A DNA stretch of 64,000 nt, taken from positions 36,971,967 through 37,035,966 of the forward strand of contig CM120640.1 of assembly GCA_051362555.1 (NCBI GenBank), given 5' to 3'. Below are positions 61,809 through 64,000 of the stretch, in pieces. A program made the translations under genes and the position numbers. This DNA is from Lingula anatina. Lineage: Eukaryota; Animalia; Brachiopoda. How positions within the stretch are numbered: position 1 is the first letter of the stretch; each line of letters begins with the position of its first letter. The notes under the pieces are model-generated. The model made no database searches, was not told where the DNA came from, and saw only the letters and a list, made by a program, of their open reading frames with translations.

Positions 61809-64000
61809 TCAGCTGCTGGCCAGTTGTCTTCGATACAAACTGTTAGACAGTTCCTTTATAGAGAGCCTTACAGGGATGCATATCAGGGTAGCTGAGAAGG
61901 AACTCTTCATTAATCTGGGAGAAACTCTCTTTCAAATTCTTACTGATTCAGGTACACATTTTGTAACAGTGTTTTTGTCCAGAATTGCAAAGAATAACTA
62001 AAATACAATCTATGATTATATTTTCTTATTAGTAGTAAAATACTTTTATTCAAGAAGGAAAGTTACATGTGCTTTTTTTGAAAACTGTAGTCAAATAATT
62101 AATGTTTTTTTCGATCTGATATGTTCTTATCCAAAGATTTATTCTGAATTACAGTTAATAGAGACTGTGAAATTATAGCATTGAAAACTGCATAGTTTTG
62201 ATGTAGTAATTTTTAGTGATGCATGCAGTTGTAATGGTTTTACTTTATATTCCAGTGAAGAAAGGCAGTTCTACACCGAGAATCTGCAAACGCTACTTAA
62301 AGCAGCATCGAGCATGGGTGCAGGAACAAGTGAAACAGATCAAAGCATATTTTCTCTGTCATGAGTAAGAATTTCCTAGTTCTTAAATCTTTACTCCACC
62401 AACAAACAAGCTAAGATTGATTATCAGTCACAAAAAGTCCTTGTGTGTAAAGGAAATGGCATGCCGTTTTAAAGCGTTAAAACTATGTTTGAAGGATAAA
62501 ACTGACTATATACATGCATTTCATGAAAGTAATATGAATACAGAAAGACACCTTCGCTTCAGTCTTTTTTATCTAGATTTTGGGATGAGACTGCCATTTA
62601 GTGAAAAATTCAGAATATATGGCATGGGGTCCAAGGGACTGCTGAGGCCAATGATATTTTTGACTCTAGAAAGGTCAGAAATCTGCTGATCGATGAAAAA
62701 ATCTCATTCCTGTACATAGACAAAATATTTCTGATTTCAGTATATTCAGTGTAGAGGAGGGTAATCTTATGGAGGGGGCACCTTCAGAGTTTACCCACTG
62801 CCTGATGACAGCCTATGCCAGTAATGTGATGAACTCTAGCACAGGTTGGTAGCTTAGAATTCTCCTGTATGTGTTTTATGCCTAATGGTTGTCTTTAGCT
62901 TTACTTCAACACAAGACACTTGACATTGTGGTAACCACAATCAGTCCATCAGGCAAGAGTAAAACAATATTAAAACTAATCATAGATATGAGAAAATATG
63001 ATACACAATGACCAAATCAATTACTGTTGTAGTAATGGGTTAAAACAAAAGGTACAAATAAAGGTGGAAGCTTTGATTAACAAATGTTAGAAACAAAGGC
63101 ATCAATTTTTTGTGCAGTTGTCATGGACAGTAATAAGCAAATTACAGGGTTAACATATATAACAGATCAATTCAAACAGATCTCATTTTGAATGAGATGA
63201 AGAAAAGGGCCATTGAAACACCACCTGCAAACCTAAATTCAGTATTAAATGTTATTGTTTTATTCATTTGCCTTCAAAGCAGATGATATGTAATGATTCA
63301 CAATGAATTTTTTTCTCCTGTTTAGGAATGAAATCTCTAAACCAGATTTACAACTTTGTGTTGAACAACAAAGACTGGATTGTGGCCCAGCTTGACATTC
63401 CACTCCTTGTCCCAGCACTAGAGCCACCTTGTGGTCATGAATTTAAGTGTGATTTCCAACCTCCTTGTGTCAAGGAATATAATCCTTTGGAACAATTCCA
63501 GAAGATAGGACTTTTTTCATTTGACCATGTAAGTTATATTATTACATATATTTTATGAATTGTTGTTTTTTTTTACCTGGACCTTGTACCATCTTGAATG
63601 TATGATGGGTCCAAACCTGGGCCATATTTTCAGCTGTGCTTGTACGTGTACATAAATATAATGCCTTGCCCCTTTTTAAAGAACAATTCATTCCCTTACT
63701 CAATATGCAAGGCTAAGGAATACATGTTACCATTTGCTTGGCTGTACATTTGGGGATATTTTTTAAATTTACATGAGGGATGGTTAACAAGTATCATAAT
63801 CTTGTTGAAAATACTTTTAAAATGGTTGATTTTGCTGTTTGGAATGTTAATTGGCTCTTAGCCTGTTAAACCACGCCTTTTTGTTTTTCTGTTATAGAAT
63901 TACATCACTGAATTTGCTTTCAACTGGACAGAGTTACTGAAAAGTGACCTGGGTCTCAGTGAGCTTGGCTTCAAGACTCTTCTCTACCACAGACATGACA
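40900..64000 (+). CDS. KIAA0825: KIAA0825 homolog (DUF4495 domain), multi-exon, 3'-incomplete
   Basis: MISDIDLQLQENAKQLEGCIEDI; EEAILESLLQLSS; SLWNDIKIRLKKFFLDKL; LHDAESHHFADGKEFYE|DERCSFSIQMW..DLWSVCPPRLAQ..RYSRIKPSYRRTKQFR|SDITTILLCT, matching KIAA0825 as I recall it. Exons approx. 40900-41033, 41328-41499, 41986-42315, 42464-43067, 43460-43567, 44358-44590, 44878-45021, 45328-45452, (56382-56423?), 57729-57882, 58095-58285, 58636-58814, … 63327-63528, 63898->64000. Confidence 0.88.
41678..41832. mobile_element. hAT-type MITE
   Basis: Termini CAGTGTT…AACACTG; perfect 8-bp TSD CTCATGAA (41670-41677/41833-41840); internal AAAGTT.TCAGCCC repeats. Confidence 0.85.
41890..41923. repeat. (CA)n(TA)n compound microsatellite
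   Basis: Seen directly. Confidence 0.9.
43631..44170. mobile_element. PIF/Harbinger-type non-autonomous element with ~150-bp TIRs
   Basis: TIR GACCGCATTCTCAACGAA…TTCGTTGAGAATGCGGTC (arms ~43631-43779 and ~44022-44170, several mismatches); 3-bp TSD TAA (43628-43630/44171-44173). Confidence 0.88.
46237..46281 (-). ncRNA. Minimal type I hammerhead ribozyme (inverted pLTR copy)
   Basis: Reverse complement of the 56144-56188 motif, core identical. Confidence 0.75.
46630..47365 (+). pseudogene. Penelope RT ORF, N-terminal half (5'-truncated, cut by Gypsy)
   Basis: NLSHEERKALKSL..IVPADKGKCVVVMD..PRFYATPKIHK..MRPIVS..SFDVTALFTSVP are typical PLE RT motifs. The last ~31 aa of the tracked ORF are LTR read-through. 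Confidence 0.93.
47366..47788 (-). repeat. 3' LTR of the Gypsy element
   Basis: TGTCGGAG…CCGGACA on the minus strand; identical to 54536-54958; contains ATTAAA. Confidence 0.97.
47789..47804 (-). other. Polypurine tract
   Basis: GGGAAAGGGAGGAATA immediately before the 3' LTR. Confidence 0.9.
48885..49160 (-). CDS. Small accessory ORF in the Gypsy 3' region, possibly a degenerate PC4/Sub1-like ssDNA-binding domain
   Basis: 91-codon ORF with a GTG start. FTWRAQIWIQNVFIKNEEGDVIPSKGRYTYPTFLSLDSMNYDTINVDI resembles the PC4 pattern by eye only. Confidence 0.3.
   Translation of the reverse strand: MTIQEATPSKTSILSQNPLGVLKYNDIEFHLVCKDLFFFTWRAQIWIQNVFIKNEEGDVIPSKGRYTYPTFLSLDSMNYDTINVDIGLFST
49270..49806 (-). 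pseudogene. Decayed env-like ORF3 (baculovirus F / errantivirus-type)
   Basis: ATG 19 nt after the pol stop gives a hydrophobic signal-like MAVLSILLGILAPG*. Frameshifted fragments follow: LPDGVLVTQ / LAVTKAVWTVEVT / WPGRVQSVR, then KLRGLFDFVGWAANVPFGIG (49408-49349), matching the cleavage-site + fusion-peptide pattern R-GL[FI][DN]xxGxxxxxxFG. Confidence 0.65.
49825..53400 (-). CDS. pol: Gypsy Pol polyprotein (protease-RT-RNase H-integrase), expressed by -1 frameshift
   Basis: Uninterrupted 1183-aa ORF from ATG 53376, open back to the slippery site. PR LIDSGAS; RT RFCVDYRKVN..LDLKQGFHQ..PFGL..YIDD; RH TDAC..YSTIEKEAYAV..TDHKPL; INT H..GH..CPTC, DLIGP, TDRGSEF, NGKVEKFN. Confidence 0.97.
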   Translation of the reverse strand, partial: FKLVTAGAMTRPQSYRLGVALSVNGVQCKSLIDSGASCSCLRLDMFLKICKATGRTCFLEKTNEIYSVSGEKLEVKGKARIKIDGAGIFEVVVIANIGHEMILGIDILKSGNAEINCVQKTMVFFDKEWPLTDYGRPGLIAEIVQLPPSSGNDDIDAMINEYRDVFSSTENPLGKCDLLPMIIDTGDNRPVQQRAYRAPLAKRELIEKEIQNLLDNDVIRPSQSQWSSPVLLTPKSDGSMRFCVDYRKVNEITKVDRYPLPLISDIFDNMGGAAYFSVLDLKQGFHQCTLDEADMHKTAFICHKGLFEYKRVPFGLVNGPNHYQKLLDRVLNGLIGKSVYCYIDDCVIFSKTMEEHVEHVRQVLERFREANLKIHPKKCEFAKSEVHLLGYIISKDGIRSNPDKLQPIKNMPTPRKAKDVRSFLGTCNYYARTVPDFARVAAPLYKLTKKNERFEWREEHQRSFDRLKELLMSNKVMAHPRINEPYKLYTDACNHAIGGVLVQTDEQGKDRVVQYVSHKLSPSQQRYSTIEKEAYAVMYNVNKLRPYLWGADLTIYTDHKPLKALFSSKLQNARLQRWAAILAEYNPKIEYIKGAKNVCADFLSRLPSEREEVAIIDTEEDWVDPRSFPDSMALHNIPIEADGLNVDDIRQHQIAEFPAEIAEAQNEDSDYEILQGILYSVRPPNPTEPDYPRLVLPKQFRNNIIARCHKDVGHMSVYKTLCRVRECYVWKGMRKHISKWVKRCPTCLAHKSTPQRTTLGELPMPAYPFQVVGMDLIGPFQESPKGNRYCLNVICYLTGWAESYPIPDKSSKAVELALATEFFPRHSIPEIIITDRGSEFSAGEFRNYLQTMGVDHRRTTAYNPKCNGKVEKFNQCFKGLLARLVNNNTRTWEEQIANALFAYRNSVSSVTGYTPFFLVYGRNPRMPLSTLVGASNNHHPLKGRLSDLSDALTAARDNLQAARLENKRRFDAKANANKIEVGDSVIVFAPDNVTFGSKWDPVWTVTRQRGNVFWVSHQQTGKSRVVNRDKLRLVDRGLAWDEIRPRARRVFRRRPNPIRAELQLGTTPVNANAPRAEVNQRAAVSNSNGRSQVAERIESEMPVSVGGESQAASRRPTLHAKRKHNTMTRHHTPTHSHNTRFRKRCIQATEQEDALLSQIEGDELDGPQPVKALRITDSGSGENMEVDSMHR
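53391..54470 (-). CDS. gag: Gypsy Gag with a single CCHC zinc knuckle
   Basis: 359-aa ORF from the first ATG after the PBS; capsid-like LRQASFETLLEFNRRFR..AYTRGL; knuckle CFHCNKPGHKKAEC. Confidence 0.93.
   Translation of the reverse strand: MAEGMQQLVETLQIIAQDIQGGHVRSIKERRIEEAAKGITVCDGAVVSEVRSYLDDLEVMYASLHDIVGGAVKLVTKTSRGALRREIERFLQTQPARLETPWRVIKEHIQRSFLSANESERLKSELEVLRQASFETLLEFNRRFREAASRAYAAPRGADTERFIVRAYTRGLLDQRLAEELIVRGRPETLEAAIQWTENENCGREIFRQMTTQGHHAPQTNVIAQNKFAATVVSPRVEEDMDISSMNAINKDTALLLSQLQETSKSIQQALKAQERMQTRIAKVETHVYNSPDHTPTARNRIQKPHQQSRKQRGYGSPRAYRDIAGWREDGTLLCFHCNKPGHKKAECYELKRQRNHLN
53394..53400 (-). promoter_or_regulatory. -1 programmed ribosomal frameshift heptamer U UUA AAC
   Basis: gag ends CAT TTA AAC TAG; pol is in the -1 frame (TTT AAA CTA GTT ACC GCA GGC GCT ATG). 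Confidence 0.85.
54515..54530 (-). other. Primer-binding site
   Basis: TGGCGTCGCTCGCCAG, 5 nt downstream of the 5' LTR; complementary to a tRNA 3' end (…GACG-CCA); tRNA species not assigned. Confidence 0.85.
54536..54958 (-). repeat. 5' LTR of the Gypsy element
   Basis: Identical by eye to 47366-47788. Confidence 0.97.
54963..56093 (+). pseudogene. Penelope RT C-terminal half + GIY-YIG endonuclease with one nonsense codon
   Basis: In frame with 47365 once the Gypsy and one TSD are removed (RTLLPP|EDFGDLLKL). GMAMGSPLSPVLANLFMEEFE, RYVDD, YRKPTHTDHYL; premature TGA at 55401-55403 (QQKI*IIKTL); GVVYQCECQVCGEKYIGETGRSLTERIAEH..H..LEAINI..LNRNDG. Confidence 0.94.
56144..56188 (+). ncRNA. Minimal type I hammerhead ribozyme in the Penelope pLTR
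   Basis: CATTCC-CTGATGA-a-ATCTG-actgcaag-CAGAT-GAAA-TAT-T^GGATG: conserved CUGAnGA/GAAA core, 5-bp stem II, palindromic AAUAUU stem III. PLE-associated minimal HHRs are established. A 9-bp hairpin GTGACAGGT/ACCTGTCAC lies upstream at 56115-56138. Confidence 0.78.
61718..61804. repeat. Long (TA)n microsatellite abutting a KIAA0825 splice acceptor
   Basis: ~43 TA units ending ~8 nt before the CAG acceptor at 61812. Confidence 0.95.

Noticed and set aside
61560-61895. IYIYIY ORF
   Set aside because: (TA)n translation.

Overview
AT-rich, intron-rich animal genomic DNA (inferred to be an invertebrate, possibly a marine lophotrochozoan; the taxon cannot be proven from sequence alone). Five multi-exon host genes alternate in orientation: an SLC5A6/A8/A12-type sodium:solute symporter (+), GTF3C4 (-), VPS33B (+), MSH3 (-) and a KIAA0825/DUF4495 homolog (+, runs off the right edge). 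They form two compact head-to-head promoter pairs. One KIAA0825 intron holds a ~10 kb nested retroelement. The outer element is a 5'-truncated Penelope-like element (RT + GIY-YIG, inverted pseudo-LTR, minimal hammerhead ribozymes). It is interrupted by a very young full-length Ty3/Gypsy element with LTRs identical by eye (423 bp), a TCCA TSD, intact gag and pol, and a UUUAAAC -1 frameshift site. The most striking signal is the 2 kb between the Gypsy pol and 3' LTR. It contains a decayed env with a baculovirus-F/errantivirus-type fusion-peptide motif, a small ORF that looks remotely PC4-like by eye, and a run of sense-strand splice signals with in-frame micro-exons. Other items: several MITE families with clear TSDs (one landed in and duplicated a GTF3C4 splice donor), a possible U12-to-U2 converted MSH3 intron, a GC-AG intron, an intronic pre-miRNA-like hairpin, and E2F/ZNF143-like motifs in the MSH3 bidirectional promoter. 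All calls were made by eye; exon coordinates may be off by a few bases.
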